DNA from: an uncultured virus (IMG/VR IMGVR_UViG_3300008107_006367)
Taxonomy: Duplodnaviria; Heunggongvirae; Uroviricota; Caudoviricetes
Virus record (IMG/VR): IMGVR_UViG_3300008107_006367
Length of the DNA stretch: 64,000 nt
Strand: one strand, 5' to 3'
Of this stretch, positions 17,393 through 27,709 are shown piece by piece. Below the pieces are notes generated by a model. The model was not told where the DNA came from. It saw only the letters and a list, made by a program, of their open reading frames with translations, and searched no databases. The translations under genes and the position numbers were made by a program. How positions within the stretch are numbered: the stretch's first letter is position 1; every line of letters begins with the position of its first letter.

Positions 17393-19096
17393 ATGGTTTC
17401 ATTAGGTATATCGGCATTCTATCACGATTCTGCCGCTTGTTTATTTGAGAACGGAAAAGTAATAGCAGCAATAGAGGAAGAAAAATTATCAGGCATTAAG
17501 CACGATAATTCATTTCCAATTAAAGCAATAAAATGGTTATTACAATATTCCAACAAAACAATATCTGATATAGATACGATATGTTGGTATGAAAACCCGA
17601 ATTTAAAATATGATAGAGTAAAAAACACTTTAGGAAAATACTGGTGGAAAAACAGAAAGACTTGGAAAGCTTTTAAAAAAGAATTTGAAGAAGCAGAGGG
17701 AAATCTTTCAATGTATTTGGCTAAAAGATTAAATTATGTAAAAGATATTCAATACATAAAACACCATCATTCACATTTAGCTTTTTCATATTATACTTCA
17801 CCATTTGATAAGGCAGTTGGTATTTCAATAGATGGGGTAGGAGAATGGGAAACTGCATTAGTTACAAAATGTAGTGAAAATACATTTGAAGATATTCATT
17901 CACTAACATTTCCAAATTCATTAGGGTTGGTCTATTCAACAATAACTTCATACTTAGGGTTCAAACCAAATAATGGAGAATACAAAGTAATGGGTTTAGC
18001 ACCATATGGTGATTCAACAAAATTTAAAGATATCTTTGATAAAATATCTAATTTTGATATAGGTGGAAATATAAAAATAAATCAAAAATATTTTACTTGG
18101 AAATATTCGAATACCGATATGTACACATACAAATTAGTTAAACTAATTGGATTCGAACCAAGAGAACCTGAATCAAAAATAGAACAACATCATATGGATT
18201 TGGCAGCCGCTTTACAAAAGTGGTACGAAAGCTGCTTTTATTATTTTATAAATCACTCAATGCAGCAATACGATACTGGTAATTTAGTATTAGGAGGAGG
18301 TTCTGCCTACAATGGAACAGCCAATGGAAAAATACAAAAGCATACATCAGTTAAACAAATATGGATTCCATTTGCCCCATCCGATGCGGGTTCATCAATT
18401 GGAGCATGTTTATATCATTGGCATAACATATTAGGTAATGCAAAAGTAAAAGGTGGGGATAACCAATCACCATACTTAGGACCTGAATGGAATAATGACC
18501 AATTTTTAAATACATTATTAAGAGAAGATGTACCAACAAAAAATATAAAATTTTACGATACTCAAAAAGAGTTATGTAAAGAAGTTGCTAAACTTATAAA
18601 TGAAGGTTCTGTAATCGGTTGGTTTCAAGGAAGGACTGAATTTGGTGCAAGAGCATTGGGCAATCGTTCTATATTGGCTAACCCACACTTATCAGATGTA
18701 AGAGATAGGATAAATAGAGTAGTTAAAAAGAGAGAATTGTTTAGACCATTTGCGCCATCGGTAGTTTTTGAAGAATATGAAAAATACTTTACTTCCGAAG
18801 GAGAAGTTCCATATATGAATCAGGTTGTTAAAGTAACCGATTATAAATCAATACCATCTGTAACCCACGTTGATAAATCAGCGAGAATACAAACAGTTAC
18901 GAAAAAGCAAAACCCACTTTACCATATGCTACTTAAAGAATTTAAAAAGGTTAGTGGTACACCAATACTATTAAACACATCTTTTAATTTAAGAGGGCAT
19001 ACAATGACTAATGACCCACAAAAAGCAATTTGGACATTCTTAAATTCAGATATGGATTATTTAGTATTGGGTAATTATTTAATTGATAAGAAATGA
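17393..19096 (+). CDS. carbamoyltransferase (NodU/CmcH family)
   Basis: HDSAA, EEEK, HHHSH, DGVGE, GEYKVMGLAPYG, EFGARALGNRSIL, FRPFAP, LLNTSFN. Confidence 0.92.
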   Translation: MVSLGISAFYHDSAACLFENGKVIAAIEEEKLSGIKHDNSFPIKAIKWLLQYSNKTISDIDTICWYENPNLKYDRVKNTLGKYWWKNRKTWKAFKKEFEEAEGNLSMYLAKRLNYVKDIQYIKHHHSHLAFSYYTSPFDKAVGISIDGVGEWETALVTKCSENTFEDIHSLTFPNSLGLVYSTITSYLGFKPNNGEYKVMGLAPYGDSTKFKDIFDKISNFDIGGNIKINQKYFTWKYSNTDMYTYKLVKLIGFEPREPESKIEQHHMDLAAALQKWYESCFYYFINHSMQQYDTGNLVLGGGSAYNGTANGKIQKHTSVKQIWIPFAPSDAGSSIGACLYHWHNILGNAKVKGGDNQSPYLGPEWNNDQFLNTLLREDVPTKNIKFYDTQKELCKEVAKLINEGSVIGWFQGRTEFGARALGNRSILANPHLSDVRDRINRVVKKRELFRPFAPSVVFEEYEKYFTSEGEVPYMNQVVKVTDYKSIPSVTHVDKSARIQTVTKKQNPLYHMLLKEFKKVSGTPILLNTSFNLRGHTMTNDPQKAIWTFLNSDMDYLVLGNYLIDKK

Positions 19097-19866
19097 AATT
19101 ATACGCATACGGAGATAGTTGGACAGAAGGTCAAGGCTGTAGATTGGATGAAGAAAATTCTATAAAAGATAGAATGTATCTTAAAGATTTTCGAAACAAA
19201 TATTCTTGGCCAATAAAATTAGCTAGTAAATTAAGATGTGACCACGAAAATAATGGATGGAGTGGTAGAGCGAATAACTTAATTTTTAACGATGTAATTG
19301 CAGATTTAAGAAATGGGAAAATACACAAAGGAGATTTGGTTATTATAATGTGGAGTTCATCATTAAGAGACCACGTACATTTTTTACCAAAGGGTGAATG
19401 GATTAGTTGGTCTGTAAAAGAACTAGCACTATTACCACATAAGTTTTTTGAATCTTACAAATATGGTGATGATAAGTACAACGGATTTTTAGAACAATAT
19501 AAAAAGTTTTTTTTAGAAAATATGTTTAATCAAAACTATTATAATATAATAAATCAAAATTATATTGTTTTCTTACAAAAGATGTTAGAAGAATATGGCG
19601 TTAAATATCTAATGCTAGATGCTTTTGATATGATGGTGCAAGATTTAAATAGAGAAGATGATATTACACATTTGATAAATAAAAAAAATTATTGGGGATT
19701 CGCTAAACAAACCATTAGGGATTTCTTAGTTAAAACATCAGATGAATCAGCTTGGGAATACCCCAATTCATTTGAAGAAATACCATCAAAACACCCCAAT
19801 GAAAATGGTTATAATCTAATAAGTGAAGAACTTTATAATTATATAGTAGATAACAACATAATATAA
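19093..19866 (+). CDS. SGNH hydrolase-like protein
   Basis: YGDSWTEG, SGRAN, KHPNENGY. Confidence 0.75.
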   Translation: MKLYAYGDSWTEGQGCRLDEENSIKDRMYLKDFRNKYSWPIKLASKLRCDHENNGWSGRANNLIFNDVIADLRNGKIHKGDLVIIMWSSSLRDHVHFLPKGEWISWSVKELALLPHKFFESYKYGDDKYNGFLEQYKKFFLENMFNQNYYNIINQNYIVFLQKMLEEYGVKYLMLDAFDMMVQDLNREDDITHLINKKNYWGFAKQTIRDFLVKTSDESAWEYPNSFEEIPSKHPNENGYNLISEELYNYIVDNNII

Positions 19867-20177
19867 TGGCATCAGAATTTCAACTATTTGATGGTAAAAA
19901 TTTATCATCATTATTTAAAGATATATACGAAAACCAACAAAACAAAAAGAAAAACATTTCNNNNNNNNNNNNNNNNNNNNNNNNNNNNGCAACAATTGCA
20001 CAAAGATTAGCAGCAGCAGAGGCAAAGGGTATTGGTGAAGATGGTTGGTTAAGTGAGCATGAAAAAAATCAATTACTTACTGAATTAGAAGATACAGTAA
20101 ACGAAATTGAAAAGAAAAATGAAGAAAAATTGGTTGATATTCAAATAGAATTAGATGATATTAAATCAAAAATTTAA
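19866..20177 (+). CDS. hypothetical protein interrupted by assembly gap
   Basis: 28 N at 19961-19988; TAATG-coupled on both sides. Confidence 0.55.
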   Translation: MASEFQLFDGKNLSSLFKDIYENQQNKKKNIXXXXXXXXXXATIAQRLAAAEAKGIGEDGWLSEHEKNQLLTELEDTVNEIEKKNEEKLVDIQIELDDIKSKI

Positions 20178-21285
20178 TGGCTAGTATTGAATCATATTTA
20201 GCAACGGTAGATAAAGTATTTCCTATTGATGTGGATTTAACTCCATATGAAAAGGGTGAAGATGCAGATTTTGTGTCTGTATATAATAAAAACAAAGATT
20301 TTTCTGATAAAGATGCAAGAATGTATGGGGCTATAACTTTTATATACCCAGATATGACTACCGAATATTATGCTTATCCATTCGATAAGAATAATTTCAC
20401 AATACCAATTAAGGGAGAAACTGTATTGATAATCGAAATAGATAAATCTAATATATTTTGGCTACCATATTCAGTAACACCATATTCTAATTATAGAAGA
20501 GATTATGTTACATATAAAGCATTAGAACCAACCAGCAACAATAAACCAAAAGAATCAAGCGGTAATGGTCAGAGTTTAAGAGAAACAAAAGATTCGGGTG
20601 GTCAAACTAATTCTGAAAATAAAAAAAGTTCTACGGAAGAATATAAAGTAAACGAAAAAATTAAATTCTTAAAACCAAAGCAAGGCGATACTATCATAAG
20701 TGGTAGAGTTGGCAATACGATTCGCTTTAGTGAATTTCATTTAACCGAAGATGGTAAAACATCATCACCTGGTATATTCATTCGTAATAAACAAAACCCA
20801 GAGTTAGATTCTAAAAAGATTGGTGAATTGATTGATGAGGATATTAATAAAGATGGTACATCTATTTACATCACATCTAATAAAATAAAAGTTCCATTTA
20901 AAGAAGAAATAAAAAAAGAAAAGAAAGGATTTAAAGATTATCCCAATTCTAAAGATTTAAGTGGAGACCAGTTATTTGTAAATTCAGATAGAATTATATT
21001 ATCAGCTAAAGCAAAAGAATTTATTATATTTGGTAAAGGTAATACGGGTGTTATTACCGATGGTAATTATTCTATTGATGCTGAAAAAGAAATATACTTT
21101 CATAATAAGAAAAATATAACAATTCATTCAGAAGGTTCTAACAATATCTTTTTAAATTCAGATAATGGTAAAATATATTTGGGTAAAGATAAAGGTGAAG
21201 GAGCAGCTGGTGCAGCTGTTCAAAAGCGATAAAAGGAAAATTAAATACTTTATTATCTGCCAAGAACTTTTTAAGTAAATCATAA
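20177..21285 (+). CDS. baseplate hub/spike (gp5/gpV-like) protein, C-terminus shifted at ~21226
   Basis: PIKGETVLI OB-like motif, GDTIISGRVGNTIRF, SDRIILSAK beta-repeats; out-of-frame tail AIKGKLNTLLSAKNFLSKS* ends in TAATG with next gene. Confidence 0.6.
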
Positions 21286-22517
21286 TGTCTTGGACACTAT
21301 TTAAAATAAATGTTTTAAAATCTATGGTATCTTTTCAATTCGCAAAAGATACAGATGCATTTGCTGATTTTTATGCTAAAGAATATGACCAATGTATAAA
21401 AAGAGGTGGTGATATGTTATATGGTGTTCCTGTTATAAATGGTAACGTTAGCGGAATGGCTGATGTTATTAAAAGAGCATTAAAAAAAGGACAAGATAGT
21501 GATGGTGAAAATTTTAATATACTACAAGAAATATACCCATCCGCATTCGATGCATATTGGCAAGGCGCTGAAATGGCACCAATACCAAACCCATTACTAA
21601 AGCCTGCCGGATGGCAATCAACTCCACCAGCACCAGGAACAATTATGAATATTGGTCCAAACCCAATAATGTTAGCAGCCTCAGCTGCGCTACATAAAGC
21701 TGAAGTAGAAGCTACAAAAGCATTAGAAGATAAATTAAAAGAACAAACTATTAATATACCACCAATTGGTGAAGTAAATGTATATGAAGTAATTCAAAAA
21801 ATATTAAAAAAAGAACCAGTTGATTCTAAAATATCCAATCATCCTGCGATAAAAGCAGGAAAAAATATAATACAAAAAGCAAAACAGGCTAAAAAGAAAA
21901 AACCATCAATAGGTTCTCAATTAAAAAAAGCAATTAAATTTCCATTTCCACCATTACCAAAAAGAAAAGAAATTATAGAAAAAGCTAAGAATAAATTATT
22001 AGAAGCTGCAGTTGAACAATTAAAAGCTCAATTAATTATACCAATAGAAGCAACTATATTAGCACCAATAATATCAGCCATACAAACCGCAGTTGAAATA
22101 TCTAACAATATTCCAAACCCAAAACCAACTCCACAACAAATTAAAAAATTTGTAAAGGATACAATAGATGGTGTAGTTCCCGAAATACAACTGCCGGGCA
22201 TCAATATACCAAAAGTACCAACAAAGGAAGAGTTAAAGAAAATGGTAGAAGAAAAAATACCAACCAAAGAGGAATTATTGGCAATGGCTTATGATTTGAT
22301 TAAAGATAAAATACCACAAATTCCTAATATATTTTTTATACCACCAACCATTAAATTTAGTTTTCAAACAAATATAATGATTAACCCATTTGTTAATGTG
22401 GCTAAAACCCATTTAATGGGAGTTAGTGGAATTATGTCCGTTATGGCACAATATCCACCACCCGCTCCACCCGCTCCGGCAATACTCAATTGGAGTGGTT
22501 ATAAAATCATAGGTTAA
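21285..22517 (+). CDS. Pro/Lys-rich hypothetical virion protein
   Basis: Long ORF in baseplate module; PTKEEL repeats. Confidence 0.65.
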   Translation: MSWTLFKINVLKSMVSFQFAKDTDAFADFYAKEYDQCIKRGGDMLYGVPVINGNVSGMADVIKRALKKGQDSDGENFNILQEIYPSAFDAYWQGAEMAPIPNPLLKPAGWQSTPPAPGTIMNIGPNPIMLAASAALHKAEVEATKALEDKLKEQTINIPPIGEVNVYEVIQKILKKEPVDSKISNHPAIKAGKNIIQKAKQAKKKKPSIGSQLKKAIKFPFPPLPKRKEIIEKAKNKLLEAAVEQLKAQLIIPIEATILAPIISAIQTAVEISNNIPNPKPTPQQIKKFVKDTIDGVVPEIQLPGINIPKVPTKEELKKMVEEKIPTKEELLAMAYDLIKDKIPQIPNIFFIPPTIKFSFQTNIMINPFVNVAKTHLMGVSGIMSVMAQYPPPAPPAPAILNWSGYKIIG

Positions 22518-22544
22518 TACAATCGTATTAAATTTATTCTTTCA

Positions 22545-22552
22545 ATATTTAT
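22545..22552 (+). promoter_or_regulatory. putative late promoter ATATTTAT
   Basis: Intergenic, 22 nt before ATG. Confidence 0.5.
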
Positions 22553-22574
22553 TATTAAACATATACAAATTATT

Positions 22575-23081
22575 ATGGATTCAAAATTATTAGTCGGATT
22601 AATTAAGGAGGTTGTTAAGAGTGAAGTTAAACAACAAGTTAAAGAAGAATTAGCAAAGCTAATCAAATCCGGTGCAGTTACATTAAATTCACAAAAGAAA
22701 ACATCTACTCCAACATTGAGAGAGATGACAGAAGTTGCTCCTAAAAATATTAAAAAACAGCAACCAATTGTACAACAAAAACCTCAACAAGTAAAAGAAT
22801 TTACAAAAAACCCAATACTAAATGAGGTATTGAGTCAAACAACACCATTCACTGCCGCACAAAGAGCAGAAAGTGGTGTGCCTGGAGCAGGTGGTAGTGT
22901 GTTAGATATGCTACAACCACAACAAAGTATGGAAGATGAGTGGGAAACTATGGATTACAGAATGATACATGATATTCCACAAAACACACCAAACTTTGAA
23001 TCAACAGGAGATGCATTGCAAGATGCAACTGTTAAAGCATTGACAAGAGATTATTCAGAATTAGTAAAGAGATTTAAATAA
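22575..23081 (+). CDS. hypothetical protein
   Basis: IKEVVKSEVK N-terminus, KNPILNEVL, ALTRDYSELVKRF. Confidence 0.7.
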   Translation: MDSKLLVGLIKEVVKSEVKQQVKEELAKLIKSGAVTLNSQKKTSTPTLREMTEVAPKNIKKQQPIVQQKPQQVKEFTKNPILNEVLSQTTPFTAAQRAESGVPGAGGSVLDMLQPQQSMEDEWETMDYRMIHDIPQNTPNFESTGDALQDATVKALTRDYSELVKRFK

Positions 23082-23512
23082 TGGCAATAGAGCTTGGTAA
23101 AGTAAAAGTAGATGATTTAGTTGAAAATGACTATAAAGTTTTAGGTATTGGTATAAACCAATCATCTAATTCTAATGGGGTTTTTTCAACTAATTTCACA
23201 ACATTACAACAAGCTAAAAATAATTTAAAAAGTCTGATTCTTACAAAAAAAGGAGAAAGATTAATGCAACCTGATTTTGGTTGTGATGTTTGGAAAGTAT
23301 TATTTGAACCAATTGATAATATAGAAGTATCAATAGAAAATTCTATAATAAATGCGGTTTCAATATGGTTGCCTTATTTAAATATAAACGAAATAATATT
23401 CGATTATGATGAAAATGATATAGATACAAACAAAGTATCTTTGGATATAAAGTTTTCATTACAATCAAACCCATCACTATCAGACTCAGTACAAATAAAT
23501 GTAGAAAAGTAA
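23081..23512 (+). CDS. baseplate wedge subunit gp25-like (GPW/gp25)
   Basis: NLKSLILTKKGERLMQPDFGC...LFEP...WLPYL. Confidence 0.88.
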   Translation: MAIELGKVKVDDLVENDYKVLGIGINQSSNSNGVFSTNFTTLQQAKNNLKSLILTKKGERLMQPDFGCDVWKVLFEPIDNIEVSIENSIINAVSIWLPYLNINEIIFDYDENDIDTNKVSLDIKFSLQSNPSLSDSVQINVEK

Positions 23513-23513
23513 A

Positions 23514-25541
23514 ATGGCAATAAATCCTATTAAAAAAACCTTTGGAGAAAAAAAGACTTTGAATTATTTAGGAAAGGATTTCGATTCTTTCAAGCAGAAT
23601 CTTATTGATTATACAAAAACATATTTTCCAAATTCATATTCAGATTTTAATGAGGCATCTCCAGGTATGGTATTTATCGAACAAGCCGCAGCAATTGGAG
23701 ATATACTATCCTTTTATCAGGACACTCAATTAAAAGAATCTATGTTAGCACATGCTACAGAACGTAAGAACGTTTTAGCATTAGCACAATCTATGGGGTA
23801 TAAACCAAAAGTTACATCACCGGCAATCACTACAATAACTGTATATCAATTAGTTCCATCTAAAGGAGCACCTAATTATGAACCAAATGAAGCATACTAT
23901 TTAAAGATAAAAGATGGTATGGAAATAGAATCGGCTACAAATAATTCGGTTGTATTTAGAACGGTAGATACGGTAGATTTTTCAAATTCAACTGATAGAG
24001 AAATTGATGTTTATGAAAGAGATGGTAATGGTGTACCACTACAATACTTAATTACAAAAAAAGTAAAAGCAATTTCTGCTAGAGAAGTATCGACTACAAT
24101 TAGTTTTGGCTCATATGAAGAATATCCAAATGCCGTATTAACCGATACGGATATCATTTCAATAACAAATGTTACCGATGGTTCTGGAACAAAATACTAT
24201 GAAGTTCCTTATTTAGCACAAGAAAGTATATTTGTAGAGCAACCAAATACTGAAGCTAATGGTGGAACTCTAAGTGAATCATCATCGATTGTACCATACA
24301 TTTTAGAAGTACAAAAAGTTCCACATAGATTTTCTGCAAAAGTTAATTCTGATAATACAATAACTTTACAATTTGGTAGTGGAAATAATTCAGCCGGATA
24401 CGAAGATGAAAAATTATTACCAAATACAAAAAATGTGGGATTAGGATTAGCTAATTCAGTTCAAAGATTGAATCAAGGAATAGACCCATCTAATTTTTTA
24501 AAAACAAATACATTTGGAGTAGTGCCTGTAAATACCACTCTAACTGTTAAGTATTTAGTTGGTGGTGGTATAGCATCAAATATAAACCAAGGTGATTTAA
24601 CATCTATCCGTAGAATTGAATTTGAAGAAGATTTATTATCTTTTAATACAAATGATGAATTAAATTCATATAATGCCGCAAAAGGAACTGTTGCTGTTGA
24701 AAATTTAGAAGCAGCAGTCGGTGGTAGAGGGGCTGAATCAATAGAAGAAATCAGACAAAACGCATTAGCAATGTTTGGTTCTCAAAATAGAGCAGTAACT
24801 AGACAAGATTATGTAGTTAGAGCATTATCAATGCCGGAAAGATATGGTAGTGTTGCAAAAGTTTATGTAAGTCCAGATGGAGAAGTTGATAATAACTCAC
24901 CGGCATCAATACTTGCAAACCCACAAAATATAGCAGAGTTTGTTGGTTTAGTTGAGGGGTTAAAAGATAAATCAAAGCAAGACATACAAAAAGAATTAGT
25001 TAAATATCTTACACAAAAGAAAACAAATATAGCAGAAGTAAATAATCCATTTGCTATAAATATGTACGTTTTAGGATACGATGTTAATAAGAAACTAACT
25101 CAAATAAACCAAGCCGTTAAGCAAAACCTAAAAACATACATAGGAGAATATAGAATGATTACCGATGCGGTAAACATTATAGATGGATTCATTGTAAACA
25201 TAGGAGTTGATTTTGAAGTTGTAGTATATTCAAATTATAACAAAAGAGAGGTTGTAGCAAATTGTTTAACAGAAATTCAAAATTATTTTAACATAGATAA
25301 TTGGACATTTAACAAACCAATAAACATTTCAGAAATAGAATTGATACTCGCAAATGTTGAAGGTGTAATGAGTGTACCATCTGTTAAGATATATAACTTA
25401 TGTGGAGGAGATGGAAACTATTCTCCAAATAAATACAATATAGATGAAGCAACTAAAGGTAAGATAATTTATCCATCTTTAGACCCTTGCATCTTCGAAG
25501 TAAAATACCCTAACAAAGATATAAAAGGAAGAGCTTTATAA
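23514..25541 (+). CDS. baseplate wedge subunit gp6/J-like
   Basis: DFDSFKQNL, DFNEASPG, GGRGAESIEEIR, QNRAVTRQDY. Confidence 0.85.
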   Translation: MAINPIKKTFGEKKTLNYLGKDFDSFKQNLIDYTKTYFPNSYSDFNEASPGMVFIEQAAAIGDILSFYQDTQLKESMLAHATERKNVLALAQSMGYKPKVTSPAITTITVYQLVPSKGAPNYEPNEAYYLKIKDGMEIESATNNSVVFRTVDTVDFSNSTDREIDVYERDGNGVPLQYLITKKVKAISAREVSTTISFGSYEEYPNAVLTDTDIISITNVTDGSGTKYYEVPYLAQESIFVEQPNTEANGGTLSESSSIVPYILEVQKVPHRFSAKVNSDNTITLQFGSGNNSAGYEDEKLLPNTKNVGLGLANSVQRLNQGIDPSNFLKTNTFGVVPVNTTLTVKYLVGGGIASNINQGDLTSIRRIEFEEDLLSFNTNDELNSYNAAKGTVAVENLEAAVGGRGAESIEEIRQNALAMFGSQNRAVTRQDYVVRALSMPERYGSVAKVYVSPDGEVDNNSPASILANPQNIAEFVGLVEGLKDKSKQDIQKELVKYLTQKKTNIAEVNNPFAINMYVLGYDVNKKLTQINQAVKQNLKTYIGEYRMITDAVNIIDGFIVNIGVDFEVVVYSNYNKREVVANCLTEIQNYFNIDNWTFNKPINISEIELILANVEGVMSVPSVKIYNLCGGDGNYSPNKYNIDEATKGKIIYPSLDPCIFEVKYPNKDIKGRAL

Positions 25542-25542
25542 T

Positions 25543-26616
25543 ATGCATAAATTTTTCACATCATCATACGATGCCAGTATCTACCTACAACAACCTGAAC
25601 AAAACGCAGGTAGAGATGAGATATTAGAGGTTGGTAAACTATATTATGGTTCTATAAAAGATATTGCAAGAACCTTAATAAAATTTGATGTTTCCAATAT
25701 GGGAATACCAAGCGGTTCGACTGTGTATTTAAATTTAAAATCAGCACAAGCCGAAGAAATTCCATTGGAATATACAATATATGCCAACGCCGTTTCTCAA
25801 AGTTGGACAATGGGAACGGGTACTAAATTTGATAATATAACTTCAGATGGTGTTAGTTGGAAATATAGAAATGGAAGTAATAAATGGGTTTCATATGATA
25901 CAACAGCGGGCGGAGCGGTTTATGTTACATCCGGAAACACAACAACAGGTTCAGCAAACGCTGAAGGTGGGGTGTGGTATTTAAGCGGCTCAGCATCTCA
26001 ATCTTATAATTATGAAGAAGCTGATATAAGAATGGATGTTACAAACATTGTTAATATATGGTTAAGTGGCTCAGTATCAAATAATGGATTTATACTTCAT
26101 CATAGCTTAGAGGCTGAAAACGATACATCCGATTATGGACTACTTAAATTCTTTTCAAAAGAAACTAATACAATTTATCAACCAAAATTAGAAGTAGTTT
26201 GGAATGATATATCATTTGTAACAGCTAGTTTAACACCAACAACAGGTTCAGCAGAAGAGGGGTATAAAGTAGTACTTACTAATTTAAAAAATGAGTATCC
26301 TGCTAATGAAACTATAAAAATTAGAGTTAAAGGTAGAGATATCTATCCACTAAAATCATTTAGTACAACTTTTGAATATGACCAAGTTAAATACTTACCG
26401 ACTAGTTCATATTATCAATTAGAAGATTATAAAACAGGAGAAGTAATTTATCCATTTGGAGATTATACTAAAATAAGTTGTGATTCTACATCCAACTATT
26501 TTAATATGAGTTTAAATACATTACCAATTAATAGAACTTATAAATTAAAAATTAAAATAGTTGAAAGCGGTATATCTACAATTATCGATGATAAATTAAT
26601 TTTTGAAATAGTATAA
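25543..26616 (+). CDS. DNRLRE/CBM96-like beta-domain virion protein
   Basis: DASIY..N.G.DEILEV, RTLIKFD, WTMGTG, NNGFIL, FFSKET, PKLEV. Confidence 0.6.
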   Translation: MHKFFTSSYDASIYLQQPEQNAGRDEILEVGKLYYGSIKDIARTLIKFDVSNMGIPSGSTVYLNLKSAQAEEIPLEYTIYANAVSQSWTMGTGTKFDNITSDGVSWKYRNGSNKWVSYDTTAGGAVYVTSGNTTTGSANAEGGVWYLSGSASQSYNYEEADIRMDVTNIVNIWLSGSVSNNGFILHHSLEAENDTSDYGLLKFFSKETNTIYQPKLEVVWNDISFVTASLTPTTGSAEEGYKVVLTNLKNEYPANETIKIRVKGRDIYPLKSFSTTFEYDQVKYLPTSSYYQLEDYKTGEVIYPFGDYTKISCDSTSNYFNMSLNTLPINRTYKLKIKIVESGISTIIDDKLIFEIV

Positions 26617-26617
26617 A

Positions 26618-27520
26618 ATGACAGGATTAGAAGCGATAGCACAAAAATTAGAAGAAAAAAGACAATCGGATTTAGAATCTATTCTAACTATTTCCGGTTC
26701 TCAAGCTATTGCCAAAAATGAATATGGTGTTACAATAGTAAACGAAAAAAACATAGCATCATCTTTAATATTTAAAGAATTAAGTAAACCAAAGTATGAT
26801 GAGGTTGAATTAGTAAAAGCTATTGATTTAAATATCAAAGAGCTTAAACCTGATATTCCAAAACCGAATTTGGATTTAATACCAAAATCATTATATGATG
26901 ATGAAGTATTACAAAATGAAGATTTAAGAAAGCAGGTATCCGATTTAACATCTGAAGTTAGTAATTTAAACACAAGAATAACAGACTTAGAATCGCAAGT
27001 ACAATCTGAAATAAACGAAAGACTAGCGATTGAACAATCTAATGATGCATTAGTTAATCAATTAAATACATTAACACAAACTGTTGATGATTTTGCTTTA
27101 CAAATTCAAAATTCATTACAAAAATCAGTAGAAGAAGGTATTCTTAGAGCATCACTTCAATCACAAAATACGGGCTTTAAAGCTCAGATTCAGGCATTGA
27201 TTAAACAAATTGATTCATTGAACTCTATTATTGAAGGTTTACAATCTCAATTGGGAGCAGTACAAAATCAACAAGCTATTATACAAGGTACACAAGCACA
27301 AGCACAAGCGGCTGGAGCAGATGTTATCAACGATATAGCAATTGTTAAATTACAACCTAAAGAAGATGCAAATGCACCTAATATATGGGCTAGATTTAGC
27401 GCAACGGGCGGTAATCAATGGAAAAATGGTAAATCAATATCCATAACAAATAACGATAAACAACCAATAACTGTAACGTTAACAGCTAATAATCCTGTAA
27501 AGATATGGAATTTACTTTAA
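26618..27520 (+). CDS. long coiled-coil virion-associated protein (C-terminus probably continues in 27505..27699)
   Basis: Heptad-rich Q/L/E segment. Confidence 0.65.
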   Translation: MTGLEAIAQKLEEKRQSDLESILTISGSQAIAKNEYGVTIVNEKNIASSLIFKELSKPKYDEVELVKAIDLNIKELKPDIPKPNLDLIPKSLYDDEVLQNEDLRKQVSDLTSEVSNLNTRITDLESQVQSEINERLAIEQSNDALVNQLNTLTQTVDDFALQIQNSLQKSVEEGILRASLQSQNTGFKAQIQALIKQIDSLNSIIEGLQSQLGAVQNQQAIIQGTQAQAQAAGADVINDIAIVKLQPKEDANAPNIWARFSATGGNQWKNGKSISITNNDKQPITVTLTANNPVKIWNLL

Positions 27521-27699
27521 ATTTTGATGCTGTTGGAGATTTGGATTCTCGTAAAAAAGGAGGGTGGTTTAATGGTAAATCCCATTCAAAAGAATATAAA
27601 GGTGGAACTTTAAAAGTATCTATAACTCGTTCAGATGGTACTGCTAAAGATAAAACATATGAAACAGGTTTTGGTAAATATCATCCGAGTTCGTTTTAA
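27505..27699 (+). CDS. probable frameshifted C-terminal fragment of upstream gene, or small protein
   Basis: Overlapping ORF; beta-rich like the end of the upstream ORF. Confidence 0.4.
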   Translation: MEFTLNFDAVGDLDSRKKGGWFNGKSHSKEYKGGTLKVSITRSDGTAKDKTYETGFGKYHPSSF

Positions 27700-27709
27700 T
27701 ATATAAACC

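Noticed and set aside
21221..21232. Programmed -1 frameshift
   Set aside because: CAAAAG is not an X XXY YYZ heptamer; a deletion artefact is more parsimonious.
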